A DNA stretch of 63,048 bases, counting the filler, from Octopus bimaculoides (Eukaryota), in NCBI RefSeq assembly GCF_001194135.2. It is 7 parts of 7 records of this genome, joined end to end, with 100 filler letters (N's around TTAATTAATTAA, not from the genome) between each part and the next. Parts side by side here need not be neighbours in the genome. Positions count along the whole stretch, not along the records: positions 1 to 10,571 come from NC_068997.1; positions 10,672 to 35,941 come from NC_068982.1; 5 more parts are not named here. One strand, given 5' to 3'. The stretch's first letter is position 1. Every line of letters begins with the position of its first letter. The notes under the pieces were generated by a model. That model was not told the origin of the DNA. It ran no database searches and was given only the letters and a program-made list of their open reading frames with translations. Positions 1-13,289 of the stretch are shown here, piece after piece. Both the position numbers and the translations under genes were made by a program.

Positions 1-55
1 GATAGATAGATGGTGGTTGTCTACTCCTTAAACAGAGTTTGATCACCTCCTGCAC

Positions 56-180
56 CTACACCTTAGCCCTTTCATGGCGTCTGATGTGGCTTTTTAAACC
101 AGACAGTGTTTTGAAAAAACACCCATACAGATTGCACCTCTGATTTGCACTACCAATACCTGCAAGTAAGTTCTGCTCAT
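56..180 (-). mobile_element. Probable 3' end of an RTE-type LINE ORF (terminal C2H2-like zinc finger), 5'-truncated into a (TACA)n repeat
   Basis: Translation RCNLYGCFFKTLSGLKSHIRRHERAKV* resembles the C-terminal finger of the RTE fragment at 60500-60565 (SSCRRHGASDYGLRSHMRIQK*). No upstream splice signal or further finger is evident. Confidence 0.45.
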
Positions 181-222
181 TGTGGATCCTAACATACATA
201 CATACATACATACATACATATG

Positions 223-685
223 TTCTTTTATTTGTTTCAGTCTTTTGACTGCGGCTATGCTGGAGCACCGCCTTTTTATGTCGAACAAATCGACCTCGGG
301 ACTTATTCTTTCGTAAGCCTAATACTTATTCTATCATTCTCTTTTTGCCGAACCGCTAAGTCACGGGGACGTAAACACACCAACATCGGTTGTCAAGCGA
401 TGGTGGTGGTGGTGGGGCAAACACAGACACACAAATACATATACATATATATATATATATATATATGTATACACACAAACTCGCACACACGCACACACAC
501 ACACGCGCGCACGCACACACACATATACATATACATATACATATACATACGACGGGCTTGTTTCAGTTTCCGTCTACCAAATCTACTCACAAGGCTTTGG
601 TCGGCCCGAAGCTATAGTAGAAGACACTTGTCCAAAGTGCCACGCAGTGGGACTGAACTCGGAACCATGTGGTTGGGAAGCAAAC
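223..685 (-). mobile_element. tRNA-derived SINE, family A (head + internal microsatellite + tail), head slightly truncated
   Basis: Reverse complement matches the copies at 3194-3745, 26688-27099 and 34461-34831. Internal (CA)/(TA) array at about 420-550. Confidence 0.9.
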
Positions 686-1205
686 GATTCTGCTAAATAA
701 TAGACTGAAAAATTAGTTAGAAATAACGAAGGTATCGTTTCTTTATTTGCATATAGGTATATGAAGTCTTTGAATTGAAGGTAAAATCCCAAACATCCTG
801 AAAAAGTTGTCTCTATTCACAAAAACCATTCAAACGTTCATAAAAGCAAACCGGTCAAAAACAACACACACAAGTACCTATGTCCATTTCAGGAGTTCAC
901 TACCGTAGTTCAATTACACCAAAGTGTAATCCGGCAATGACCCCTTCATCAGAATAACAGTTCCATTTGCACCAAGCCCGATGCAGAAGAGTGTAAGCTC
1001 GAAACTCTAAAAACTTTCTCCAAATTTCCTGATTATAAACCTAATAGACCAAGGTTATCTTTTTTTTTTATTTCACCTTGTTTCTGCTATTATATTTTCT
1101 CTTTTTCTTTTCTTTCTTTTGTACTTTGTATATAGTTTGTCGTAGCGACTTTCGGTACCGTGAAACTTAGTGTAAAGGCATCGTGAAATTTCGGTTTTAA
1201 TGGCT

Positions 1206-1360
<155 letters not shown>

Positions 1361-2941
1361 ATACATACACACACACACACATACGTACATAAATACAAGA
1401 ATTCATACATGCATACATACACACATACATATACACACATACACATATATTAGAGAGCAAATAGAAGGAAAGATGAAAGATTATGGTCGATGGGTGGGTG
1501 ATGTGGAGAATATTAATAAATAAATACATTGCGAAATGAAACAAAATATTAAAAAAAACTATAAACCTGTCACAAAAATATAACAAATAAATAAGTAAAT
1601 AAATGAACAAAAATACCTAAATAGCAACATATGATCACTTAATTCGGACGGTGTTAATGTCAGCGTTAAGTGCGATAAGGTTAACTTAATCCACTTAATC
1701 TAAGCTGTTAAATGTTTTCGATCTGACTTAGTTTCCTCTCTATATCTCGTTCATTGCGTGTTGTGCTGTTACGTTCGTAGTTAGGTTGTGTGGGTAACAA
1801 CCGAATATTTCACCTATTGCAATACAGACAGCGACAAATCACAATTGCACTCGTTTATATCAGTGAGTGAACAATGAAGGATTCTACGTGGTTGTCTGGC
1901 TTTGCTAAAGATGATAGTCTGATTTCCTTCAAATCACGATCTATTGTTTTAAATAGAAAACAAGACTAAGACTATTGGCTAAAGATGAAGAGATGGGTAT
2001 GGACATAACGGCCGTTTTAATTATTGGTTTACTAGGTCAAGGTTTGATCTAGGGGTTGAACAGCTGATAGATAGATAGACCGATAAAGACAGAGAGATAG
2101 ATAAGCAGACAGCTTGACAGACAGACAGATAGATAGATATTCAAATTGATTGAATGTATATTTTGATGCTAGACAGAGATAGGTAGATTGAAATTTATGT
2201 ATGCATGTGTGTGTATATATATATAGATAGATAGATAAATAGAGAGAGAGAGAGAGAAGAATTCGATTTTAATGTCCCTGTCCCAAACCTGTGTAAATGG
2301 ATATGGAAGATAGAAACTGAAAGAAGCCTGTCGTACATATGCATGCACACATACATACATACATGCACGCATTCATGCATGCATACATACATACATATAT
2401 AGGTTCATACATACACGCATGCCTGCATGCATATATACATACATACAATAACGCGCACGCACGTACACATTCACACACACACACACGTACGTATATATAT
2501 ATATATAAATATATATATATATANNNNNNNNNNNNNNNNNNNNNNNNNNNNNNNNNNNNNNNNNNNNNNNNNNNNNNNNNNNNNNNNNNNNNNNNNNNNN
2601 NNNNNNNNNNNNNNNNNNNNNNNNNNNNNNNNNNNNNNNNNNNNNNNNNNNNNNNNNNNNNNNNNNNNNNNNNNNNNNNNNNNNNNNNNNNNNNNNNNNN
2701 NNNNNNNNNNNNNNNNNNNNNNNNNNNNNNNNNNNNNNNNNNNNNNNNNNNNNTTGCTTTAGTCACTGGACTGCTGCCATGCTGGGAGACTGCCTTTAAG
2801 AGATTTTGTAGAGTAAATCGCTCCAAGCGTTTATTTATTTTTAATGTCTGGTGCCTATTCTATCGGTCTCTTCAGTGAACTGCTAGGTAACGCGGACGTA
2901 AGCAATCAGTTGTTAAGCGGGGTTGGGCTGACAAACATCAC

Positions 2942-2983
<42 letters not shown>

Positions 2984-3193
2984 CACTTGGCAATCGGTGT
3001 TGGTTTGTTTATGTTCTCGTAACTTATCGCTTCGGTAAAACCTACCGATAAAATAAGTACCAGGCTTAAAGAATTAGTACCAGGGTTGATTACTTCGACT
3101 AAACGCTTCAAGGTGGTGCCCCAGCATGGTCGTAGTCAATTGAATGAGACAAGTAATAAGAGCAAGTGTGTGGTAAGAGTGACTGTGGATTAA

Positions 3194-3745
3194 GAGGCGC
3201 AGGAGTGGCTGTGTGGTAAGTGGCTTGCTTACCAACCACATGGTTCCGGGTTCAGTCTCACTGCTTGGTACCTTGGGCAAGTGTCTTCTACTATAGCCGC
3301 GCGCCGACCAAAGCTTTGTAAGTGGATTTGGTAGATGGAAACTGAAAGAAGCCCGTTGTATATNNNNNNNNNNNNNNNNNNNNNNNNNNNNNNNNNNNNN
3401 NNNNNNNNNNNNNNNNNNNNNNNNNNNNNNNNNNNNNNNNNNNNNNNNNNNNNNNNNNNNNNNNNNNNNNNNNNNNNNNNNNNNNNNNNNNNNNNNNNNN
3501 NNNNNNNNNNNNNNNNNNNNNNNNNNNNNNNNNNNNNNNNNNNNNNNNNNNNNNNNNNNNNNNNNNNNNNNNNNNNNNNNNNNNNNNNNNNNNNNNNNNN
3601 NNNNNNCTAGCGGTTCGTCAAAAGCGACCAATAAAATAAGTACTTAGCTTACAACGAATAAGTCCTGTGGTGGATTTGTTCGACTAAAGACGCTGCTCCA
3701 GCATGGCTGCAGTCAGATGACTGAAACAAGTAAAATAATAAAAGA
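3194..3745 (+). mobile_element. tRNA-derived SINE, family A, full length across an N gap
   Basis: A-box-like TGGCTGTGTGG and B-box-like GGTTCAGTC in the head, then CCTTGGGCAAGTGTCTTCTACTATAGCC. Gap where the internal microsatellite sits; tail ends GACTGAAACAAGTAAAATAA. Confidence 0.88.
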
Positions 3746-3753
3746 ATATATGT

Positions 3754-3797
<44 letters not shown>

Positions 3798-4071
3798 ATG
3801 TGTCTTTGTATCCGTGTTTGTCCCCCACCACTGCTTGACAACCAGTATTGGTGTGTTTACGCCGCTGTAACTTAGCGGTTCGGCAAAATAGAACCGATAG
3901 AATAAGCAGCAGGCTTAGCAAGAAATTTCAGCACTGGGATCGATTAATTCGACTAAAAATTCTTCAGGTAGCGCCCCAGCATGGCCGCAGCTTAATGACT
4001 AAAACAAGTAAAAGATATATGTGTGTGTGTGTAAAATACAGCTAGCTAGCTAGATAGACAGGTAGATAAAT

Positions 4072-4114
<43 letters not shown>

Positions 4115-6394
4115 GTAAATAGATAAGCTGAAAGATAAGCATGTATGTATGGACATCAGCAAACGTGTGTGTCTATGTGTATGTATGCGTGTGCGCCCGT
4201 GTAAGGGAATTTGTTTCCGTTTCGTACTTGCATATATTGTAACATGTGTGTGTCTTGGAGATTTAACTGTTTTTATTATGGATTTTAAATATTTCTTCAT
4301 TAGTCATTTTATGTCAATGGACATTGAAACTGTATTGTTAGAAATAAAACAAAGGATTAAAGGATTAGTAAGAATAAAATACAAACAATCCTTAATAAAA
4401 CAAATGACTGGGACAAAGACATGTTTTCAATAAGACATGTACGCATACATACATACATACACACATACATACACACATACATACACACAAACCCTGGCAA
4501 ATACGCACACATAAACGATCACACTAGCACACGAAAGCGTTCGCACGCGCGCGCACGCACACGCACGCACGCGCACACACACACACACACACACATGAAC
4601 ATATAAACACTCAGAGACATAGATATCTAGAGAGATTTGGATATGAAAATAGGCATAGGTCGAACAAAGAAGCAGGCAAGAAACTACGTACGTTGGCGTG
4701 TGTGTGTGTGTGTGTGTGTGTGTGCGCATGTGTGTGTGTGTGTATGTGTATGCGTGTTTGTGCGTGCCTGTGTGCATAGAGAAGGCATGTTGGCCTGTGG
4801 GGTAAAGACCTGCAATTATAACGTTGCACGTACGCTTCCAAGACGCGAAATTTTTTTTCCCACGAGAGTTTCGGACCCCTGTAATGAACTCGTCGGCATA
4901 CAGCCAATCAGAACTCACCTTGTAAATCCACATATTGTGTACTACTACTACAGTACAGCCAGTCAGACATAAAATGGTGTATGCCACTCTGAGAACAGCA
5001 TAGCAGGTCTCACATAAGCACCACATTCCACCCACATCCATCCTCATAGATCAATTGGGCACCATCTCTATATGGAGCTAACATTAGGTACCTATGCTCA
5101 GACAGAGATTAGTGATACTGCATGTACCCACTAATATATGCAAGCAGGGCGCAAAACGACACAACGCCATATTGATTACGATGTTTCCAGATCAACACCA
5201 ACATTTTAAATTAGGAATGTACAAAATCAGTCAGAAAATCAGGAAACTACACTCATTTACATTTTTTTTTGTAAATTACGCAAATTGGCAACACTTATGA
5301 CACCATCGGTGAGCAACTCTCCATTCACTTTATACACTAAACCCGGAACCATGTCGTTGGTAAGCAAGCTACTTTATTTCAATAAATTTCGCCATTAACT
5401 GCGTTACATAGAGGGGACAGACAAAGACAGACAGACATAAAGTAGCTGCGGGCTGGACATGGACATTAATGAGATGAGGGTGATAAGGATGAAACAAATA
5501 ATGAGAGAGGCACCAGCGCCCGCCGACTGATAACCCCTCGAAAACATTGTTCTTTTCTTTTCCTTTTAAAATTACAATTTTTACACATTCTTGCAAAAAG
5601 TTCAAAAAGTTCACAAAAAAGTTCAACAAAAATTGTTCAATAAAAACAAAACAAAAATAAACTAAACACAAAAAGAACAGAAAAACAGAGCAGAGAAAAA
5701 GAAGGAAGGAAGACCGTTCAAGTCACAGCAACAAAATTCCGACCACCCAGTAATCCTGGCCTACNNNNNNNNNNNNNNNNNNNNNNNNNNNNNNNNNNNN
5801 NNNNNNNNNNNNNNNNNNNNNNNNNNNNNNNNNNNNNNNNNNNNNNNNNNNNNNNNNNNNNNNNNNNNNNNNNNNNNNNNNNNNNNNNNNNNNNNNNNNN
5901 NNNNNNNNNNNNNNNNNNNNNNNNNNNNNNNNNNNNNNNNNNNNNNNNNNNNNNNNNNNNNNNNNNNNNNNNNNNNNNNNNNNNNNNNNNNNNNNNNNNN
6001 NNNNNNNNNNNNNNNNNNNNNNNNNNNNNNNNNNNNNNNNNNNNNNNNNNNNNNNNNNNNNNNNNNNNNNNNNNNNNNNNNNNNNNNNNNNNNNNNNNNN
6101 NNNNNNNNNNNNNNNNNNNNNNNNNNNNNNNNNNNNNNNNNNNNNNNNNNNNNNNNNNNNNNTCAATAGTTCAATATTGGACGGAGTTGAATAACACCCG
6201 TCCACTCTGTTCCTCGGGTCTACCGAAAGTAGTCAGCGCGCAAGACCGGAAGTCAAGGTAAGCAAGCTACTAACCACACAGCCACATCTGCGCACGATAT
6301 ATGGATATATATTTATATATTGCATGTATGTGTATATATCGGTATATATATGTATACACACACACGCGCACAGATATATATATATATACATACA

Positions 6395-6457
<63 letters not shown>

Positions 6458-9400
6458 ATAGACACACACACAATTGTATCGAAGAGTGAGAACGAATGCT
6501 TAATACCGCATTCGGTAAATAAGCATTATTTATTTGTGGGTTAACAACGCTACCGATGGTTTTATGTGGAAATAAGATCTACAATCTATGTGCGATTCAT
6601 TTCAAAATCCTTATAATTACCTCCACACGTACATATGCATATACATATATACATATACATGCGTTCACACATCCTTTCAATATCATTATCCAGTATTTTA
6701 AATCCGGGTTTTGTTATTGTTAACGGGGGTGGCCGGATCTACCTCAATGCCATAGCAGCCAAGGTAGGCGAGTGCAGCCCACCCCAACCTTTGGGCCGGC
6801 TGGTGCCCATTCTTCTTTGCTAATATAAGGCTTTTCTGTAGCTGGATTTTCTACGGAGAGCATGCTTTTGCTTACCCCCAACCTCAGTTTCTAGACATAA
6901 GTGGTCCCGAGACTAAGGCCTCTACCATGATTTTTAAGATTACTTCCAATACCATTGTGAAATGTTTCATGTCTACCGTAACCACCATCACCACTACAAC
7001 CGCTACCACAACCGAGCTGCCATTTGACCCCTCCACCAATGTGACTGCGTCCTCCTCATCATAACCACTAACTTCACTCCTAGTTCCATTACTCATACGT
7101 CCACCACCACCACCACCAGAGACATCAGCCCCATTACCTAGAACAGCTCTACTACTATCACCACCAACAACAACTGCACCAATTCCACCACCACTGTCAC
7201 CACCACTACCACCACTACCATCGCCATCATACTACTACTACTACTACCACCACTGCCGCCGCCGTCACCACCACCACCACCACTATTAACACCGCTGGCA
7301 CCACCNNNNNNNNNNNNNNNNNNNNNNNNNNNNNNNNNNNNNNNNNNNNNNNNNNNNNNNNNNNNNNNNNNNNNNNNNNNNNNNNNNNNNNNNNNNNNNN
7401 NNNNNNNNNNNNNNNNNNNNNNNNNNNNNNNNNNNNNNNNNNNNNNNNNNNNNNNNNNNNNNNNNNNNNNNNNNNNNNNNNNNNNNNNNNNNNNNNNNNN
7501 NNNNNNNNNNNNNNNNNNNNNNNNNNNNNNNNNNNNNNNNNNNNNNNNNNNNNNNNNNNNNNNNNNNNNNNNNNNNNNNNNNNNNNNNNNNNNNNNNNNN
7601 NNNNNNNNNNNNNNNNNNNNNNNNNNNNNNNNNNNNNNNNNNNNNNNNNNNNNNNNNNNNNNNNNNNNNNNNNNNNNNNNNNNNNNNNNNNNNNNNNNNN
7701 NNNNNNNNNNNNNNNNNNNNNNNNNNNNNNNNNNNNNNNNNNNNNNNNNNNNNNNNNNNNNNNNNNNNNNNNNNNNNNNNNNNNNNNNNNNNNNNNNNNN
7801 NNNNNNNNNNNNNNNNNNNNNNNNNNNNNNNNNNNNNNNNNNNNNNNNNNNNNNNNNNNNNNNNNNNNNNNNNNNNNNNNNNNNNNNNNNNNNNNNNNNN
7901 NNNNNNNNNNNNNNNNNNNNNNNNNNNNNNNNNNNNNNNNNNNNNNNNNNNNNNNNNNNNNNNNNNNNNNNNNNNNNNNNNNNNNNNNNNNNNNNNNNNN
8001 NNNNNNNNNNNNNNNNNNNNNTGTTGCCACCGCCCTCCCATTCCCCTTCCCCCCACCGTCACCTGCTCAGAGTTCCTGTAAACCATTAAGCAATCCAGTA
8101 TGTAAAAGACATCGGGTCTGGCGAATGTTTCCGAACAAGATGACGGAAAATCGATGATTAATTAGGGAAATGGCAGTGTATGTACTGTAAATGGAGAAAT
8201 ATGTATATGTGGGTAGGTGGGGTGAGGGGGCGGTGTCGAAGGTAAGCAGGCGAAGGAGGAGTGGGAGGAGTGGGAGGAGAAAGAAGGTTGAATAAAACGA
8301 AAGCAGGATGGTATGAAAGAATGAATGAATGAATGACGACAAAGAAAAGTTCGAAGACGCGAAGGAAGTTGTTATAAGGGAAGAAGAGATGAAGAAGGAA
8401 AGGAAAGAAAAAGAAAAAAGAATGTGGAAAAAAATTGAAAATATAAAACTGAAGAAATTTGGAATGAATAAACGAAAGAACGAAAGAAGGAGAGAAAGGA
8501 AGATGGAAAAGAAGAGAAAGAAGGCATGATGGAAGGATGTCGATAAGGGAAAAAGGAAAAAGAAATTGAAAGAGCGAAAGATTGAAAGAAATATAATATA
8601 GAAGAAGCAGGAATTGAAAGAAAGGAAGAAAATGAATGAAGCGAAAATGAATCGAGAGATTAAGGAAAACCGAGAAACAAACGGAAAAAGAAAAAAGAAA
8701 GAAATAAAGAATATAAATACAAAAGATAAAAGACATAGAAGTACGAGAACATAGGAATAAGCGCGCGCGCGCACCCACAACTATCTGTGTATCATGCTTG
8801 ATGTAAACACAAAATGAAAAAAAGCAAGATTACTGCGGTATTGGTCTGGAGATAAAATATCATATGGACGTGCTGTGATTAAAAACACGAAGTATACATC
8901 AGTAGCAGATACAAAATTGTCTAAATAGCGGCTGGTGAGAATGCTGGATGCCCATTTCTGCCACTTTGCGCTTTGCCAGGAACTTATACCCACAAGCAAC
9001 AACATGCTAAGAAAGAATTTGTAATTACCAACTTAAATATATGTGCATATATACGTGTGCATGTCTGTGTGTGTGTATGCATGCATATACATACATACAT
9101 GCATATACATACATACATACAAACATACATACATACATATATTTTAAACCAATTTTAAACCAATTTTAAACACCAAATACACGTAGATGAGGGCCTTACA
9201 ATTGCCCATGGTTGCATGTGTTGTTCACACATATGATGCGGAATATGAACGTAAATAAATTAATTAAAAAGTCTCTATCTGATCTGATATAAACGAAATT
9301 GTTACAAACACACATATGGACGCACATACTTACATATAAGCACGAACACATAAGTGCGTGCACACATATGAGCGTGCACACATACGAGCTTGCACACACT

Positions 9401-9744
9401 CACATGCTCATACCAAACAGTTTCGAAACAACGCCAAAACAACGCCAGATCATATATTCAAAATAAATGGAAGTGGAGAGACAAGTTACTGAAGAGATTG
9501 CAAGAGTGCAATGAAATAATTTAACAAAAAACTATATNNNNNNNNNNNNNNNNNNNNNNNNNNNNNNNNNNNNNNNNNNNNNNNNNNNNNNNNNNNNNNN
9601 NNNNNNNNNNNNNNNNNNNNNNNNNNNNNNNNNNNNNNNNNNNNNNNNNNNNNNNNNNNNNNNNNNNNNNNNNNNNNNNNNNNNNNNNNNNNNNNNNNNN
9701 NNNNNNNNNNNNNNNNNNNNNNNNNNNNNNNNNNNNNNNNNNNN

Positions 9745-9801
<57 letters not shown>

Positions 9802-10312
9802 CATACATACATACATACATGCATGTATGTATAAACATACGCGCGCACTCACGCACACACACACACACACACGCAGACACATAAACACACTTGTACTGTA
9901 CGTAATTGCAGTGTTGCACATTACTTAAGATGTGTGAAATCTTTATGTAAAAAAAAGAAAAAGAAAATAAATAAAAAATCATATGTAGCATAATTTCTGT
10001 TATTTTATCTCGAAAACATGGTTGTTGGGGGATGGCAAGGAATAATGGCAGAATTCCTGCAGGTACTGGACAGAAGGAAAATCCTTGCAGTATCTGGCTT
10101 CATCTTTTAAAGTTCTGAAATAAATTGCTCCAAGTCTAATTCTTCTTCATTTGATCAATCAGATGTGTGAAAATATATTCAAGAGAAATAAATAATATCG
10201 ATTTGTATGAATTATTTTCGGCCTGATGCCAACGTTCGAAACCTATTTTGATGCAAAGACTAGTTTCTGTTTTTATTTATTTATTTATTTTATTTATATA
10301 TATATATTTTGC

Positions 10313-10571
10313 TATTTTTACTTGTTTTAGTCTTTTGACTGTGGCCATGCTGGAGCACCGCCTTTAGTCGAGCAAATCGACCCTAGGACTTATTCTTTGT
10401 GAGCCTAGTACTTATTCTATCGGTCTCTTTTTGCCGAACCTCTAAGTTACGGGGACGTAAACACACCACCATCGGTTGTCAAGCGATGTTGGGGGACAAA
10501 CACAAACACACACACACACATACATATATACATATATACGACAGGCTTCTTTCAGTTTCCATCTACCAAAT
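10313..10571 (-). mobile_element. SINE family A copy (tail, microsatellite, part of head), cut by a gap
   Basis: High similarity to 26688-26960. Confidence 0.88.
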
Positions 10572-10615
10572 NNNNNNNNNNNNNNNNNNNNNNNNNNNNN
10601 NNNNNNNNNNNNNNN

Positions 10616-10627
10616 TTAATTAATTAA
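10616..10627. other. Artificial assembly spacer TTAATTAATTAA within N padding (also at 35986, 42302, 51633, 56901, 61815)
   Basis: Identical 12-mer with stop codons in all six frames. At this site it sits between two 44-N runs (100 bp in total), and it recurs six times. Confidence 0.95.
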
Positions 10628-10671
10628 NNNNNNNNNNNNNNNNNNNNNNNNNNNNNNNNNNNNNNNNNNNN

Positions 10672-10997
10672 TTGAGCGTGGCCGTTGCCAGTACCGCCTG
10701 ACTGGCTCCTGTAGGATTTTCGAGCGAGATCATTGCCAGTGCCCCTGGACTGGCTTGTGCGGGTGACACATAAAAGACACCATTTCGAGCGTGGCCGTTT
10801 TTGTGCGGGTGACACGTAAAAGCACCCACTACACTCTCTGAGTGGTTGGCGTTAGGAAGGGCATCCAGCTGTAGAAACTCTGCCAAATTAGACTGGAGCC
10901 TGGTGTTGCCATCCGGTTTCACCAGTCCTCAGTCAAATCGTCCAACCCATGCTAGCATGGAAAGCGGACGTTAAACGATGATGATGATGATGATGAT
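10672..10997 (+). mobile_element. 3' end of an RTE LINE (or RTE-partner SINE) with (GAT)n tail
   Basis: GGCGTTAGGAAGGGCATCCAGCTGTAGAAA...GGAAAGCGGACGTTAAACGATGATGAT matches the 3' UTR of the RTE fragment at 12160-13065. Internal tandem subrepeats at about 10675-10825. Confidence 0.8.
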
Positions 10998-11562
10998 AAT
11001 ATATAAATATAAGAATGAATATAATGATAATGTTATTGTTATATATAAATATAAGAATAAATATAATGATAATAGAGTTATTAATATTTCTAAGTCTCTC
11101 TAAAGGAGACTACGGCAGCGGTACTGGAAATTAATAGTTATCGCCAAGCCAACATGGCAGTCCCAAAATTAGGACGAAAGCTGTCGTGAATTAGCTCCAA
11201 GAAGCCATCGCCTCTAGCTAGCTATGTGACACACGAAACCTGTGTCCTTTATAACCTTCGAACAGGGGAGGTCAGCAGTGTCCCCCTGCTGGTTTGGCAT
11301 CTGCAGACTAGTTTCAGGGTTTTGCCCCTTGTCAATGTTATTGTTAAATTATGTAAGTAGAACAAATATACAAGCTAATGATGATGCATACTCATGTACA
11401 TGCAACATTAGTGCATAAAAGGAGGCCAGCAAATATAAATATGCAAATAAACAATTATAAAAATGCCATAATGACAATTAAATTGTTTCCTTTATTTCCC
11501 CACAAAATTTCAGACAGTTGACTGTTTCAGCTGACTGAATCTCTTCCACTATGCGCGTGCGT

Positions 11563-11597
<35 letters not shown>

Positions 11598-11819
11598 TGC
11601 ACACATATTTGTGCTTTACTATTTACAAAGCTCAATATAATTATAATGCATGATATTAGAAAGCTTAGGCAACGAGATAACCATATGTTTAAGAGAGACA
11701 CATTTAGGCTTTGTGGATAAGCTACAGGATTCTCAGCAACCAGAACAATAAATTGGATGATCTTGGTTGTTGAAAGATCTGTGCTAGTCCACAAAGTCTA
11801 TATAGGCTAATCACCACCA

Positions 11820-12062
11820 CCATTGTCATCATCGTCATCATCATTTAACGTCTGTTTTCCATGCTGGCATGAGTTGAACAGTTTGACCAGAGTTGGCAAG
11901 CAGGAGAGCTGCACCAGGTTCCAGTCTGATTCAGCTTGGTTTTCTATGCTCGTATGCTTTTCCTAACACCAACCACTTTACAGAGTATGTTAGGTGCTTC
12001 TTATGTGACACCAGCATGGGTACTTTTACATGGTGCCTGCACAGGATTCTTTTTTTTACGTG
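11820..12062 (-). mobile_element. RTE 3'-end repeat with (CAT)n tail
   Basis: Reverse-complement homolog of 10830-10997. Confidence 0.75.
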
Positions 12063-12159
12063 GTGCCAGGACAGAGCTCTTGTAGGCCAATCTTCTTCAG
12101 CAGGGGCAGCGACATCAACAATTTTGCTGTAGAGAATGGGTCTTCTTAAGTATGAAATA

Positions 12160-13065
12160 TCATCATCATAATAGCTTAACGTCCGTTTTGCTTGCTGGCT
12201 TGGGTTGGACAGTTTGACTGAGGACTTGCAAGCCAGGAGGCCACACCAGGCTCCAATCTGATCCGGCAATCTTTCTACAGCTGGATGCCCTTCCTAACGC
12301 CAACCACTCCGAGAGTGTAGTGGGTGCTTTTTACATGATACCGGCATGGGGAGCCAGTCAGGTGGCATCGGCTACAACTACAATTTCCATTTTTTATTGT
12401 GATTTGATTTTTGATTTTACTTAACTCAATAGGTTTCATCAAGCACGGCGTGTCATCCAACAATCCAAAGGTACTTCTTAAATGGGCTGGTTATGCAACA
12501 CTGGTATAGGCTACGGCTGTGATCTCACTTTACTTGCTGGGTTTTCTCAATCACAGCATATCTTCTGAGGTCTCGGTCTTTTGTCATTGCCTCTGTGAGG
12601 CCCAATGTTCGAAGGTCATGCTTCACTATCTCATCCCATGTCTTCCTGGGTCTCCCTCTTCCACAGGTTCCTTCCCCTGTTAGGGAGTGACATTTCTTCA
12701 CAAAGCTCTCTCCATCAATACGCAGCACATTGACCATACCGGCACAGTCGTCTCTCTTGCATACATCTGATGCTTCTTATGTCCAACATTTCTCTCAGGG
12801 CACTTACACTCTGTCATGTGTGCACACTGACATTACACATCCAACAGATCATACTAGCTTCATTTCTTTCAAGCCTACGCATGTCTTCAGCAGTCATGGC
12901 CCATGTTTCACTATCATGTAGCATGACAGTTCACACACATGCATCATACAATCTACCTTTCACACTGAGTGAGAGGCTCTTTGTCATCAGTAGAGGTAGG
13001 AGCTATTCTTATTCTAGTGGCGACGCTCTCCAAGCATCCACCCCCACTACAGTCATGCTCTGCCT
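12160..13065 (-). mobile_element. 5'-truncated RTE-clade LINE (ORF C-terminus + 3' UTR + tail), degenerate
   Basis: Minus-strand peptides KSLSLSVKGRLYDACV, ETWAMTAEDMRRLERNEASM and EGTCGRGRPRKTWDEIVKHDLRTLGL are typical RTE C-terminal motifs. Contains stops and frameshifts. Confidence 0.88.
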
Positions 13066-13289
13066 CTCCAAAAAAGAATTATTTCACATTTTCTTGAAAA
13101 TTATTCATTCTGTTGTGTGTGTGTGTTTGTCCTCCATCACCACNNNNNNNNNNGATAGAATAATTACCAGACTTACAAAAATATGTATTAGGGTTGGTTT
13201 TTTTTTTTTATAATGAAACCCTTCAAGGTTGTGTCCCAGCACAACTGCAGTCTAAGTAAAAGAATCTGTTAGGGTTAGGGTTAGGGTTT

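Noticed and set aside
885-955. Minus-strand CTGATGA...hairpin...GAAC-TACG-GTA, hammerhead-like
   Set aside because: GAAA is incomplete and stem I pairs poorly; at best a highly decayed motif. Similar partial matches near 41244 and 43280-43375 were also dropped.
6950-7305. Thr/Pro-rich mucin-like reading frames
   Set aside because: Low-complexity (ACC/ACT)n sequence with stops and frame changes; no splice or domain support.
8067-8780. 237-aa and 206-aa Phe/Ser/Leu-rich minus-strand ORFs resembling membrane proteins
   Set aside because: They arise from a purine-rich (GA/GAA) low-complexity tract whose complement rarely contains stops.
10616-10627. Recurrent TTAATTAATTAA motif as a possible biological signal
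   Set aside because: Always centred in N padding; it is a six-frame-stop assembly spacer.
12770-13213. 147-aa plus-strand ORF
   Set aside because: Antisense shadow of the RTE LINE fragment.
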